40,517 nt of DNA, taken from the IMG/VR virus record IMGVR_UViG_3300045988_127440, positions 1-40,517 of that record; one strand, given 5' to 3'. Below the pieces are notes generated by a model. It had not been told where the DNA came from. It saw only the letters and a list, made by a program, of their open reading frames with translations, and did not search any database. Within the stretch, counting starts at the first letter, position 1. Each line of letters begins with the position of its first letter. Origin of the DNA: a virus. Positions 21,307-31,567 of the stretch are shown piece by piece. A program made the translations under genes and the position numbers.

Positions 21307-24300
21307 CTAACTGTTTAATATGCTCCAATATGTAGAACTTCTTATATTTGCATCATCATTTTTGAATTTAAGGAAGTTTATTAGCGTACCTCCATATTTG
21401 ATATAGTCCTTGAAAGCCACTTTATAAGCGCTTAAAGTTCCATTATTGTAAGCCCATTTATAACTTTGTGTGTATGACCAAGCATAACCATATCCACTGC
21501 CATAACTTAATATGTAGACATCTTCTCTTCTTGTATTTCCAAATACACTTTCTGCATTTGTATCTGATTTTGTACTCATATAAAGGTCAAAGTCTGTTCC
21601 GCCTACACCCGTGTCATTTACTGTAAATATACCATCGCAAGTTACTGTTTTTCCATTTCCGTCTGTAATACTTTTACCTTTAAGGCTTGGAATGTAGACT
21701 TTTGTTCCATACGGAAGGTTGAATGAACCACAAGTACGACCTAAATTCAATGGTATATTACAAGCACTTCCACTGTCTCCACCATAAGCTGTTATTTTAC
21801 AAGTTTTTAATTTATATACATATTTATTGCCGTCTATTGTACCTTGCTCTGAAACACAATTTGTATATTCAGTTGTACCTGCATCTGTTACTCCATCGCC
21901 TGTTGTACCTCCACCAGTACCACCACTTTCTGTTCCGCCTCCTGGTAATGTTCCATTGTAATGACTAGGTTGAGGTCTTACTATCATTACAATATCGTCA
22001 GCATATCCCGAATTACCTGCTATAGAAACTATTCTTATACCGGCATTAATTGTTGTTCCGTCATCAAACGTGTGATTCTTTGTCATAGTTCCGTTTGTAG
22101 ATTCTATAACTGACTTTTTACCACTAGAATTATCTCCATAACATACTGCTACATGAGAAACCTTCATATATCTATTAGGTTGTTTCCAATTTCCGCTAGA
22201 GTCTTTTTTAGAATAGAATATTAAGTCCCCTTTTTTTATTGGTGAGAAATTATCATCAGTTGAGCCTTTGCTTCCGTAAGTTTTTCCTGTATCTACATTT
22301 CTGTAATATACAATTCCAAGGCCGACTCTATCGAAATACTCACATTGAGCTGCTGCTTCTCTTGCCCATGTACCATCTGCTTTGACCATGTTAAATGCCC
22401 AACTCTTACTACTTTTCTGCAATTTATCTTTACGGAAATTAGTAAAGTTTGTTTTATTGGCATATGGACCATTCGCATATTCAAGTCCTTTTGTCATCAT
22501 GCCTGAGAATGTACTACAATCTATTGCTTTATAATGTCTTGTCTTTCCACTTCTAGTAACTGCTACCCATAATGAATCGGCAACGTCTTGGTCAGCTGTA
22601 CAGCTACCACTAAGCGGAGTATTTGCACTTCTATAGGTAAAACCTTGTGACCATGATTGACCTTGTGTATATTCATTGTCACACACTCTCCAATATGTTA
22701 GTCCAACTTCTACCATTTCATCTGCATATGGGAAATCTTGAATAATTGTAGGATCTATTGTTGTCCCTGTTGATGTTATAGTGATATATTTATTTGAAAC
22801 ATAACCATAAGCTCCATTGTAACTTATTTTGTACCAACCTGTGGCATTGTCTTTGGCAACTATTGTAACTGTTGTTCCTTGTGGTAGAGTTGTAATTATT
22901 CCATAGTTTACACCAGCTCCTTTTCTCACATTAAGATTAGCTGTTGTTGTACCAGTTGCATTATAAGCAGTTTCACCTGTACCTACTGGACCACTTGGTT
23001 TATCTTCCTCTCCAGGATTACTATTTGTACCTTCTACTATAAGGCTTACATCTCCATAGAAAGAATACTGTTCTAATTGATTGCTATTTACGAATAATTC
23101 TAATGAAGTAGCTCCTTTTTCTATAGCTTGTACTATTGATGCAGGCAATGTTATATCTTGTGCTTCTCCTCTAGCAAATTTAATATTACTGTCCCAATAA
23201 TCTGTTGTTCCGCTACTTCCACCTACCGCTCTAATAATCGGATGTGGTGTTTTACTATTGTAACCATGTTCCGTATTGAGTCTTGTCATTCTAAGTTTTA
23301 CATTGTATTCTTTTTTATTTGATAATACATCTTTGATTACACTTACAGGTAATTTGATATACCCTCTATGTGATTTTGAGTTTTCTTTATATTTGCCCTG
23401 CCCTGTATATCCTTTTCTTGGTACGGTTTGTTCATCCTCTTCGCCTTCACCCTCTACTAATGTATATAAGTTAGCAGTATCTATACAAATATTATCTGTT
23501 ATATTTGTACTTGTAGATGTTGTTGTAGGAGTATATAATGTATCAAATTGAGTGTAACCGTTTGTATTAGGTATAAATATAGCATTTTCTGAAACATATA
23601 CCATTTCATTATCTGAATATTTTGGTATTATTCTACTTGAAGTAAATATACTACCATTATATACACTTGCAATTTTTTCAACATTTCCAGAACTCCACCC
23701 CAGTGAAACTTTACTTTGCCCATCAGCAACTACACATTTATCTACTCCTGAAAAGTCACAATTATCTATAACTATATTAGAAGCAGCAAATGAACCAATT
23801 CCTGTAGTACCCTCTACTCCATGAAATCTTATTCCTTTTATTTCGACATAATTTACATTAGATGCTGAAAATACATAATTTTCTAAAGAAGAATCAACTA
23901 AATTTATAATTGGATAATTATTATAATCTGTTTGAGTTATTTCTCCAGCTACTAATCTTTTATCAGCATCATATTCTATTGTCATTCTACTAAGCAAATC
24001 TTCTACTTTAAATTTTTTACAATTTATGACAACATTTTTTCCTAATACTATTTTAAATAACGTTCCCATAAAGTCTTGTATAACTACATCTTCGTTCAAT
24101 ATACAATTTTCTTCTATATGAATAGTAATTACATTATTAAATTTATATCCATATTGTTTTATATGCCTTAATACATCTTTTAAAGAGTTTGCCTTATTAT
24201 TTTCATCTTTACCTGTACCTTCTCCAGTAGCAGTTGGTGCTATGTACCAATCAAGAGGACATCCATTAAAATCAGCTATTTGTACAACTTGAGAACATAT

Positions 24301-25953
24301 CAACTTGTCAGTAACTAATTTTTCTGTATAAGCTCCCTCTCTATGAAATGAACTTATAGGCTCGTCATTATTTGTAAATATTTGAACACCTTGACCATCA
24401 TAGATAACATAACCTACAATGTTACTCTCACTATCTTGTAAGTTAATTCTTATCCCTTCATCTGAAATATCTATAAGTCCTTGTATCATTCTTACAATCG
24501 CATCACTACCTACTGAAAAGGTTACATTTCCATCTTCATCTTTTATAACCATATTTCTAGCATCTATATACTGTCCTTTTAATGTACCCGCTAAAATCAT
24601 ATTTGCATTTATTTGGCCATTTGCTGTTAAAGCTACATCATATGGTCCTTGATATCCATTTGCACTATGTGCTAATCCATTTTTATTGAATCTCCATACA
24701 TGTATAGCTTCTTCTATAGTAGGGCTATCACATACAACTAATTCTTCTTTATTGTAAAATACATAACTGTCCTTTATTCCTGAATTTATAAAACTTTGTA
24801 TCCATTTTTCTATTGAATTATCATTCTTTTCTATATCCTTTGAAATATCAATCATTACGTCATTTATTGATTTTCTACCTATATCTTTATTTGATAGTTT
24901 TATTTCTTCTACTTTCTGTGTTAAAACATTGTATTTTCTTTCTATTGCTCTTACAACTACATTTATATTTAATTTACTTTCAAAAACTGATACTTCATCG
25001 CCTATATAAACTTTTTCTGCTTTTATATAGTTTTTATATTCTTCAGTTTGACTTAAATCAACAAAATCTATAGTATAATCCGCACTGATAATATCTACAT
25101 TATTTTCAGTATATTCTAATTGTGCTAACCTTTTTAGTTCGGCCTGAGCTTCTTCTAGTGTGTTAAATCCTTCTGTTTCACTCTCTGAAGATTTTACTTT
25201 TACATCACTATAAGTAAATTCTTTAGTATAAGCTCTAGCATAATTATTCAATATAGGGCTATCTATAAAGCCATTAATGGTTATTCCGTCATAACCTTTT
25301 GGTTTAATTCTAGTTGTAATACTATCTACATCTGTATTCGCTTCAAATCCTTTTAAATTTTTACATGACCTTATTTGTACTCCTCTATCTTTTCCTACTT
25401 TATCAAGTATTTTTAAAAGATATCCTCTTCTTTGTATTTCTCCTCCCCAGCGGTTGAGAAATGATTGATCACAATCATGTATAGCTTTATACATATTCAT
25501 ATCTTCATAGTAAGCAGTATTAGATGCAGATATATTAGAATATACTTCTAATTCTTTAACTCCTACCGCCCCATCTAATATCCAATTTATTGCTGCTGTT
25601 CCATTTAATCCAGTAGGCCTTACATCATTAAGCCATAAGTGAATAGTTTCATATATTGTGACTTGTATAGCGTATATGATTATTCTATTTCGTGTTTTTC
25701 TTGGTTTTGTTATCCTGAAATATTCATCTCCATAATCAACCTTTATTTTTAATATAGCTTCTTCTTGTAGATATTCCCACAATCCGTCATCGTCAATTAT
25801 AAACTCTGCATCTAATCCATATGTCCCATCTAAATTTTCTGTAACTTTGCAGCTTGTACAAATATTATCAAGTATTGCATCACCATTACTCAAAATTACC
25901 GTTTCTTTAGGAGTATTTTTATTGAAAATACATATTTTAACTGCTTTATTCAT
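21307..25953 (-). CDS. Tail-associated lysin (Tal): tail endopeptidase N-terminus + beta-helix + SH3b + NlpC/P60 + 3D domain
   Basis: 1548 aa. SH3b: LNVRKGAGVNYGIITTLPQGTTVTIV...WYKISYNGAYGYV. NlpC/P60: AIDCSTFSGM...VSHVAVCYG. Gly-rich linker, then 3D-like KITAYGGDSGSA...DTGVGGTDFDLYM. Confidence 0.85.
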   Translation of the reverse strand: MNKAVKICIFNKNTPKETVILSNGDAILDNICTSCKVTENLDGTYGLDAEFIIDDDGLWEYLQEEAILKIKVDYGDEYFRITKPRKTRNRIIIYAIQVTIYETIHLWLNDVRPTGLNGTAAINWILDGAVGVKELEVYSNISASNTAYYEDMNMYKAIHDCDQSFLNRWGGEIQRRGYLLKILDKVGKDRGVQIRSCKNLKGFEANTDVDSITTRIKPKGYDGITINGFIDSPILNNYARAYTKEFTYSDVKVKSSESETEGFNTLEEAQAELKRLAQLEYTENNVDIISADYTIDFVDLSQTEEYKNYIKAEKVYIGDEVSVFESKLNINVVVRAIERKYNVLTQKVEEIKLSNKDIGRKSINDVMIDISKDIEKNDNSIEKWIQSFINSGIKDSYVFYNKEELVVCDSPTIEEAIHVWRFNKNGLAHSANGYQGPYDVALTANGQINANMILAGTLKGQYIDARNMVIKDEDGNVTFSVGSDAIVRMIQGLIDISDEGIRINLQDSESNIVGYVIYDGQGVQIFTNNDEPISSFHREGAYTEKLVTDKLICSQVVQIADFNGCPLDWYIAPTATGEGTGKDENNKANSLKDVLRHIKQYGYKFNNVITIHIEENCILNEDVVIQDFMGTLFKIVLGKNVVINCKKFKVEDLLSRMTIEYDADKRLVAGEITQTDYNNYPIINLVDSSLENYVFSASNVNYVEIKGIRFHGVEGTTGIGSFAASNIVIDNCDFSGVDKCVVADGQSKVSLGWSSGNVEKIASVYNGSIFTSSRIIPKYSDNEMVYVSENAIFIPNTNGYTQFDTLYTPTTTSTSTNITDNICIDTANLYTLVEGEGEEDEQTVPRKGYTGQGKYKENSKSHRGYIKLPVSVIKDVLSNKKEYNVKLRMTRLNTEHGYNSKTPHPIIRAVGGSSGTTDYWDSNIKFARGEAQDITLPASIVQAIEKGATSLELFVNSNQLEQYSFYGDVSLIVEGTNSNPGEEDKPSGPVGTGETAYNATGTTTANLNVRKGAGVNYGIITTLPQGTTVTIVAKDNATGWYKISYNGAYGYVSNKYITITSTGTTIDPTIIQDFPYADEMVEVGLTYWRVCDNEYTQGQSWSQGFTYRSANTPLSGSCTADQDVADSLWVAVTRSGKTRHYKAIDCSTFSGMMTKGLEYANGPYANKTNFTNFRKDKLQKSSKSWAFNMVKADGTWAREAAAQCEYFDRVGLGIVYYRNVDTGKTYGSKGSTDDNFSPIKKGDLIFYSKKDSSGNWKQPNRYMKVSHVAVCYGDNSSGKKSVIESTNGTMTKNHTFDDGTTINAGIRIVSIAGNSGYADDIVMIVRPQPSHYNGTLPGGGTESGGTGGGTTGDGVTDAGTTEYTNCVSEQGTIDGNKYVYKLKTCKITAYGGDSGSACNIPLNLGRTCGSFNLPYGTKVYIPSLKGKSITDGNGKTVTCDGIFTVNDTGVGGTDFDLYMSTKSDTNAESVFGNTRREDVYILSYGSGYGYAWSYTQSYKWAYNNGTLSAYKVAFKDYIKYGGTLINFLKFKNDDANIRSSTYWSILNS

Positions 25954-25964
25954 AATACTCCCTC

Positions 25965-26675
25965 CTATCTATAAATAGTTCTTGGTTCTATGTCTAACTT
26001 GGTTATACTTCCTATCCATGTTATAGTATTTTCCCCCTTATCTAACAAAGGAAAATTTCCTATCATATCTATACTTTTATTATTATTATCTTTATCTAGG
26101 CATAAAAAAAGTTTGCTATCTAGCAAAACTCTTTCATCAACATTATTAATCTGTACAGTAGTATCGTTAATCGTTATCTGTAAATCTCCTGTTCCGTATA
26201 TAATTATCTTAGGGCTACTTGTAAAATCACCACTATTATATATAGTCGTTTGTTTTTGTGTTACTATTATATTTTTTTCTAATAAATTATAATAAAAAGG
26301 TTCACAAATAAATTTAACTTTAAAGTCTCCAAATTCTTCAAATGTTGTTTTTATATCTTCCTCAATAATAACTTTTTTTACAATGTTATATTTATTTTCA
26401 ATTGAATATAATAATTTATTATCTTTTATATCAAATAACCATTTTTTAACCTTCTCTATCATTAGATTTATGTCTTGATCTAAATTTATAGTAGTTAAAA
26501 TAAAACTCTTTTCTATATTTGGAAATGTACCTTTATTTATAGTAACTGTCCCATTTCTACCTTCTATACTTATTTCTTCATATTCTTCTTCTGACAACAC
26601 TTCTGGAGGGCCTTCAACAACTATTATTTCTAATTCTTCTGAACAAATATTATTAAATATTAATTTTTTTTCCAT
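25965..26675 (-). CDS. Distal tail protein (Dit)
   Basis: 236 aa. Canonical position between the tape measure and Tal. Confidence 0.7.
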   Translation of the reverse strand: MEKKLIFNNICSEELEIIVVEGPPEVLSEEEYEEISIEGRNGTVTINKGTFPNIEKSFILTTINLDQDINLMIEKVKKWLFDIKDNKLLYSIENKYNIVKKVIIEEDIKTTFEEFGDFKVKFICEPFYYNLLEKNIIVTQKQTTIYNSGDFTSSPKIIIYGTGDLQITINDTTVQINNVDERVLLDSKLFLCLDKDNNNKSIDMIGNFPLLDKGENTITWIGSITKLDIEPRTIYR

Positions 26676-26693
26676 TTTACCCCTCCTTCTTAT

Positions 26694-29663
26694 TTAGTAT
26701 TTTAATTTCATATTTCTAGTTGTATTATAATCATCTAATTCATCTTGATTTGGTGCTACTGCAGTTCTAGTAAATTCTCTACCATCTATATCTAATTTAA
26801 GTTCTAAGTTTGAAACTATATTTGATAACCTTCTGACTTCACTTGCTGTATTATCTTCACTAATAAATTTATCTAATTTTGAATCTAAATAATTATAAAA
26901 GTTATCTAGTGGTAAAATCGCTTCTGCTCCTGCTTCTCCTCCTGCTAAAAGAGTATTATTTCTAGCTCCAAATATAGTTGGTTGTGTCATAATACCACCT
27001 TGTTTGTACCAGTTTACCGATATTTTCGGTACACTTGGAGGATTTACACTAAGTTTTCCACTAATTGAAAAATGAGGTAGCTTTATTTTAGGGAAACTTA
27101 AGTGACAATTTGAGAAAAATCCTTTTATTTTACTAATGCCATTTGATACTACATTTTTAGCACTATTCATTACATTAGATATTGTATTTTTCACTGCATT
27201 AAATTTATTAGAAACTATACTTGTAATACCTCCACAAACGTTACTTACAGTAGACTTTATTCCATTCCAAATATTACTCATTATACTTTTAGCGCTATTC
27301 ATTATATTAGATATAGTACTTTTAATTGAATTAAATTTATTTGATACAGTGCTTGATATACCGCTACATACATTACTTACAACACTTTTTATTCCATTCC
27401 AAACATTAGATACAACTGATCTAGCTGCATTTAATATCGTTGTAATAGTAGATTTAATACCATTAAATGCATTTGATACTACTGACTTAATTGCATTTAA
27501 AACTGTAGTAAATACTGCTTTTATTCCGTTCCAACCTGTTGTTACTACTGTCTTTATTGCAGTTATAATAGTAACTATTATTGTCTTATACATATCAAAA
27601 TACATTTGTATAGCTGTTTGTATAGCACTTAATACTGTACTAAATACATTCTTAATTCCTTCCCACACATTAGATATAGTGTCTTTTACTGCATTCCAAA
27701 CCTCTGTTGCTTTTGCTTTTACTGTGTCCCAATTTTGATACAGTAGTACACCAATAGCAACTAATGCTGTTATAACTCCTATTGCTATTAAAACTGGTGC
27801 ACTTATTGCTCCAATAGCACCTGTTGCTGCAATTACTCCCGTCTTAACTGCTGCAAATACCCCGGTGAGAACACTCCACCCCGATGTAAATATTCCAGCT
27901 ACAGATGAAACCATTCCTATAACTGTTGTTATTCCTACAAAAGCCGTTCCTAATGCTACTACAGCAGTTATTACCAGTTGCACAGGTTTAGGCATATTAG
28001 CAAAACTTTGTAATAATGTTGTTATTCCACTTGTTACTGCACTTATCGCAGGTTGTAAGTTTGTAAGTAATATTCTTTTCGTTCCTTCAAGTGCACTTCC
28101 TAAGTCATTATATTTGACTTTGTTCATTTCACCTAATTTGTCTCTAGAATTATCTATCTCTCCATTAAGATCTCCTAACGCAAATATAGCTTCTGCAGCA
28201 TTATCTTCGTACATTGTTCCGAATATACCAACACCTACATTATATTGTTCTTGCTTATCCTTCATTTTGCTTAAACGCTCTATCATTTCCTGTGTGACTT
28301 GTTTAGCACTATCTCCACCTTTTGCATATTTTTCACGAAACTCATCAGCATTAAACCCTAACTTTTTTAAATAATCATCGGCTGAACCGTCCATAATTCT
28401 TATATTCATTTCTTTAAATGCATCACCTAAACTGTCTACACTAAATGCCCCTGTCTCTGCCCCATTTGCAAGAGCATTAAACATGTCCTCAGCTGAATAT
28501 CCTGCATTAGCAAAAGAAGGAGAATATTCCGTAATTACATCAATTAAATCATCATTTTTATTAAGTCCGCTTTCTGCTCCCTGTGCTATAAGATTATATG
28601 CTTCATCTGCTGTAAGTCCAAACTTCTGCATTAATGCATCTGCTGCTTTTGTACTATCAGCTATGTCAATTTCATAAACATCACTTAAAAGATATGCATC
28701 TTCTGTACATTGTTTTAGCGCCTCTCCTGCTAAACCTGTGTTTTGATGTACCAATGCCATATTCTCGCCTATATCTGATAGTGATTCTCCAAAATTATCT
28801 GCATAAATTTCATTTATTATTCCTTCAAATTCGCCCATTTCATCGTTTGTAAGCCCTAATTGTGCTTGCAATTGATTAAGCGAACTTTGTCCTTCTAATC
28901 CAAATTCTTTTACACTGTCTGCTATTCCACTAAATGCATCTGTTAACTCGTCTACACCTTCTATAGCTAATGCATCTTCTAGTGCATTTCCAGCTTCTTG
29001 TGCTCCATCTGCAGCATCATTTAAACTGTTATCTAATTCATCAGCAGCACTACTAACTTCATGCAATCTATTTTGGTTTTCCCTTAAATCATTAGATAAC
29101 TGTCCTATTCTACTTGCTAATTGCTGAGCTTCATTTGAACTTTGTCCTTGCTCTAATACTACATTTTTATATTCTTCTTTTAGTCTATTTAACTCTTGTT
29201 GTTGCTGATCTATTTCTGTAGTTAATCTAGATAATGAATTTGTATCATTTCCTAACTGTCCTATTTCTTGTCCAGCTTCTTGACTTGCACTTCTTAAATC
29301 ATTAAGTCTTTGTGATGTTTGATTTATTTCATTTTGTATAGCTTGTTGTTGAGTTTGTGCTCTAAGTAACTCATTATTAAGATTTCTGTATTCATTGGAG
29401 TTTTCTCCAAGTATATTTTTCGCCTGTTCTAATGATTGATTTAATAATTCTACTTTTTGGCTTGATGCATTATATTGTTGTTGTAATATATTTTGTCGTT
29501 GTTCTAAAAGATTTATATCGTCTGAATTTCCTTTTAATTGTGTAGAATTTAATCTTAATTCGTTTGTAAAAGTTGTCATATCTTTACTTATGTCTCTTAT
29601 CCCAGAACGAAACTCTGAAGTCACTGCTTTAAATTCTATTTGAGCCTGTGTTTTGTTTGCCAC
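26694..29663 (-). CDS. Tape measure protein
   Basis: 989 aa with a GTG start. Q/N-rich coiled-coil N-terminus, central hydrophobic block, C-terminal WNGIKS/SNV repeat array. Confidence 0.9.
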   Translation of the reverse strand: MANKTQAQIEFKAVTSEFRSGIRDISKDMTTFTNELRLNSTQLKGNSDDINLLEQRQNILQQQYNASSQKVELLNQSLEQAKNILGENSNEYRNLNNELLRAQTQQQAIQNEINQTSQRLNDLRSASQEAGQEIGQLGNDTNSLSRLTTEIDQQQQELNRLKEEYKNVVLEQGQSSNEAQQLASRIGQLSNDLRENQNRLHEVSSAADELDNSLNDAADGAQEAGNALEDALAIEGVDELTDAFSGIADSVKEFGLEGQSSLNQLQAQLGLTNDEMGEFEGIINEIYADNFGESLSDIGENMALVHQNTGLAGEALKQCTEDAYLLSDVYEIDIADSTKAADALMQKFGLTADEAYNLIAQGAESGLNKNDDLIDVITEYSPSFANAGYSAEDMFNALANGAETGAFSVDSLGDAFKEMNIRIMDGSADDYLKKLGFNADEFREKYAKGGDSAKQVTQEMIERLSKMKDKQEQYNVGVGIFGTMYEDNAAEAIFALGDLNGEIDNSRDKLGEMNKVKYNDLGSALEGTKRILLTNLQPAISAVTSGITTLLQSFANMPKPVQLVITAVVALGTAFVGITTVIGMVSSVAGIFTSGWSVLTGVFAAVKTGVIAATGAIGAISAPVLIAIGVITALVAIGVLLYQNWDTVKAKATEVWNAVKDTISNVWEGIKNVFSTVLSAIQTAIQMYFDMYKTIIVTIITAIKTVVTTGWNGIKAVFTTVLNAIKSVVSNAFNGIKSTITTILNAARSVVSNVWNGIKSVVSNVCSGISSTVSNKFNSIKSTISNIMNSAKSIMSNIWNGIKSTVSNVCGGITSIVSNKFNAVKNTISNVMNSAKNVVSNGISKIKGFFSNCHLSFPKIKLPHFSISGKLSVNPPSVPKISVNWYKQGGIMTQPTIFGARNNTLLAGGEAGAEAILPLDNFYNYLDSKLDKFISEDNTASEVRRLSNIVSNLELKLDIDGREFTRTAVAPNQDELDDYNTTRNMKLKY
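27130..27500. repeat. Tandem coding repeats in the tape measure gene
   Basis: About 123-nt units encoding SNVWNGIKSVVSNVCSGISSTVSNKFNSIKSTISNIMNSAKSIM and near copies. Confidence 0.7.
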
Positions 29664-29919
29664 TTATCTTCCCCTCCTTTCTATTTCCCTCTGTTTTACA
29701 TAATTAATGTAGTTGTCATATGCTACTTTATTAGCAACTATGCCTTCTAAAGAAGATATATCTATATTCCAAAATAAATCTTCGCTTATACCTAAAATAA
29801 GGACATAGTAGGTATAATAATCCTCTATGTCCTCTAGCTTAAATTTAGGTATTTTAATTTTTTGAGATCCTGTTATCTTCTTTGTTGCTTTTGTAAAGGC
29901 ATCCCTGAAATTTTTTTTT
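29664..29919 (-). CDS. -1 frameshift extension of the tail assembly chaperone (gpT-like part of a G-T fusion)
   Basis: The -1 frame is open for about 85 codons from the A9 slippery run to a TAA abutting the TMP start (...NFRDAFTKATKKITGSQKIKIPKFKLEDIEDYYTYYVLILGISEDLFWNIDISSLEGIVANKVAYDNYINYVKQREIERRGR). Confidence 0.6.
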
Positions 29920-30229
29920 GTTTTGGATTCGCCAATTCATTCGATAAATTACTTATAAGTACAAAACTTTGTGGTATATTTTCCATAAATTCTTCTTTGC
30001 TCATCAAAGTATTGTCATCTAGATGTTCTATATTAGCACATAAATATGCTGTATATAATATTGTTATTGCACTAAAAGTAGCATCTTTATCTTCTTTTAT
30101 ATATATATTGTTATATTCTTCATAATCTTTTTTTCTTTTATTCTTTAGTTGTAATAATCTAGCAAAATTTAGAGTTAGTTTTATAACTTCTCCATTTTCT
30201 AATGTTAATTCTTTAAATGTACATTTCAT
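29873..30229 (-). CDS. Tail assembly chaperone (gpG-like, 0-frame product)
   Basis: 118 aa, located between the major tail protein and the TMP. Confidence 0.7.
   Translation of the reverse strand: MKCTFKELTLENGEVIKLTLNFARLLQLKNKRKKDYEEYNNIYIKEDKDATFSAITILYTAYLCANIEHLDDNTLMSKEEFMENIPQSFVLISNLSNELANPKQKKISGMPLQKQQRR
29911..29919 (-). promoter_or_regulatory. Slippery sequence (A9; CAA AAA AAA ATT) for a programmed -1 frameshift
   Basis: Homopolymer run 12 codons before the 0-frame stop. Frame arithmetic from the ORF-track coordinates agrees with a -1 shift. Confidence 0.55.
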
Positions 30230-30240
30230 TTTTTATCCCT

Positions 30241-30819
30241 CTATGCTTTTTTTATTAAATCAAAATTAAATCCAGTTAGCCATTTTGATGCAATTTGAGA
30301 ATCAGAAGCTAATTCACTTGCCATGCATTCATATTTACCAAAACCTTGGTCATCAGGAGATACTGCAATAGTCATTTCTATTTCTGCTACCTCTTCAGAA
30401 CCATTTTCTATTTTTTTACTTGTTCCAGAATTTATAACACAATTTGGATATGCTAAATATTTTTCTACTCCATCTTCATCTAGCACTTTAGCAACCCATG
30501 TAAATTCTGGGTGAATACTATCTCTACCATATCCATATACACCTTCTGCAAGTTTATCTGTAAATACCATACCATATACTTTTACATATAAGCTCCATAA
30601 CATATGCATACTTACAGTTAAAGTTCCTGTTCCAGTACCTTTAGTTCTAGATTTTATTACTACTCCTTCACATTTTTTTGTTACAGTTCTTACATCCATC
30701 TCTTCAGTTAGAGACCCTACGCAACCAACTTTTGTTGTTGCTATTTCATTTTCGCCATTAAATTTAATGGCACTTTCTTTTATTTCATAATCTGAGTACA
30801 CTTTAGCATAACTAGCCAT
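30241..30819 (-). CDS. Major tail protein
   Basis: 192 aa. Position upstream of the chaperone and TMP. TKGTGTGTLTVSMHM beta-rich sequence. Confidence 0.75.
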   Translation of the reverse strand: MASYAKVYSDYEIKESAIKFNGENEIATTKVGCVGSLTEEMDVRTVTKKCEGVVIKSRTKGTGTGTLTVSMHMLWSLYVKVYGMVFTDKLAEGVYGYGRDSIHPEFTWVAKVLDEDGVEKYLAYPNCVINSGTSKKIENGSEEVAEIEMTIAVSPDDQGFGKYECMASELASDSQIASKWLTGFNFDLIKKA

Positions 30820-31211
30820 TATATATTCAAACCTCCTAACTCATCTAAAATTTCATTTATAACATTATCTTTTACGTTTTCGATACCTTTTTCCATAAAA
30901 GGATTTTCATTTTTACCTTTGCTTGTTCCTATAGCATCCATAGGGAATATAAGGTAATTAAATTTAGACTTTGTTGTAATTCTTACACCTAAATTAAAAT
31001 TTTTATTTGATAATGAGTTTGAAAATTTTGCATGTTTTTTATTTCTATTAGATACAGGCATACAATTTTCTATAGATTTTATTAATTTATCTTTTCCTTT
31101 TCCGTGTATATATTTATTTATCGTATCTTCGGCTTTGTTTCCATAATTTTCTATAGCTTGTTGTATTTTTTCTGCATCCTCAAAATTTAGTGTAAAATTT
31201 ATACCTGCCAT
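30819..31211 (-). CDS. Tail completion/terminator-position protein
   Basis: Positional call only (between the neck genes and the major tail protein). Confidence 0.45.
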   Translation of the reverse strand: MAGINFTLNFEDAEKIQQAIENYGNKAEDTINKYIHGKGKDKLIKSIENCMPVSNRNKKHAKFSNSLSNKNFNLGVRITTKSKFNYLIFPMDAIGTSKGKNENPFMEKGIENVKDNVINEILDELGGLNI

Positions 31212-31567
31212 TATAACTCACAACCTTTTTTAGCCTTTACAAATTCTATTGTGCAAATTTCAACTACTCTATCAGTATTACTTTTTGTTGTATAATTAAA
31301 TTCAATTTCTGTATCTGCTAATTTTAATTTTGTATTTTCAGTTATTTGTTTTATTATTTTAAATTCAAAATCTTCTTCTATGTAATCTTCACAAATAAAA
31401 TGTATTTGATAATATTTATTGTAATCTCTTCTATTTGTCCCCGCTCTGGATGTCCTGCTTTTATTGAATACAAAATAATTCCAGTCGTCATTAGGTTTTG
31501 CTAATGAACGACCATAATAAGCTTTATAGCCTAATTCTTCTAATGCTCGCTTTATATCATCAAGCAA
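31211..31567 (-). CDS. Head-tail joining (neck) protein
   Basis: Positional call only. Confidence 0.45.
   Translation of the reverse strand: MLDDIKRALEELGYKAYYGRSLAKPNDDWNYFVFNKSRTSRAGTNRRDYNKYYQIHFICEDYIEEDFEFKIIKQITENTKLKLADTEIEFNYTTKSNTDRVVEICTIEFVKAKKGCEL

Noticed and set aside
27130-27500. A CRISPR array or other non-coding repeat array
   Set aside because: The repeats are in frame inside the tape measure ORF and have no unique spacers. I saw no repeat-spacer architecture or cas genes anywhere in the window.
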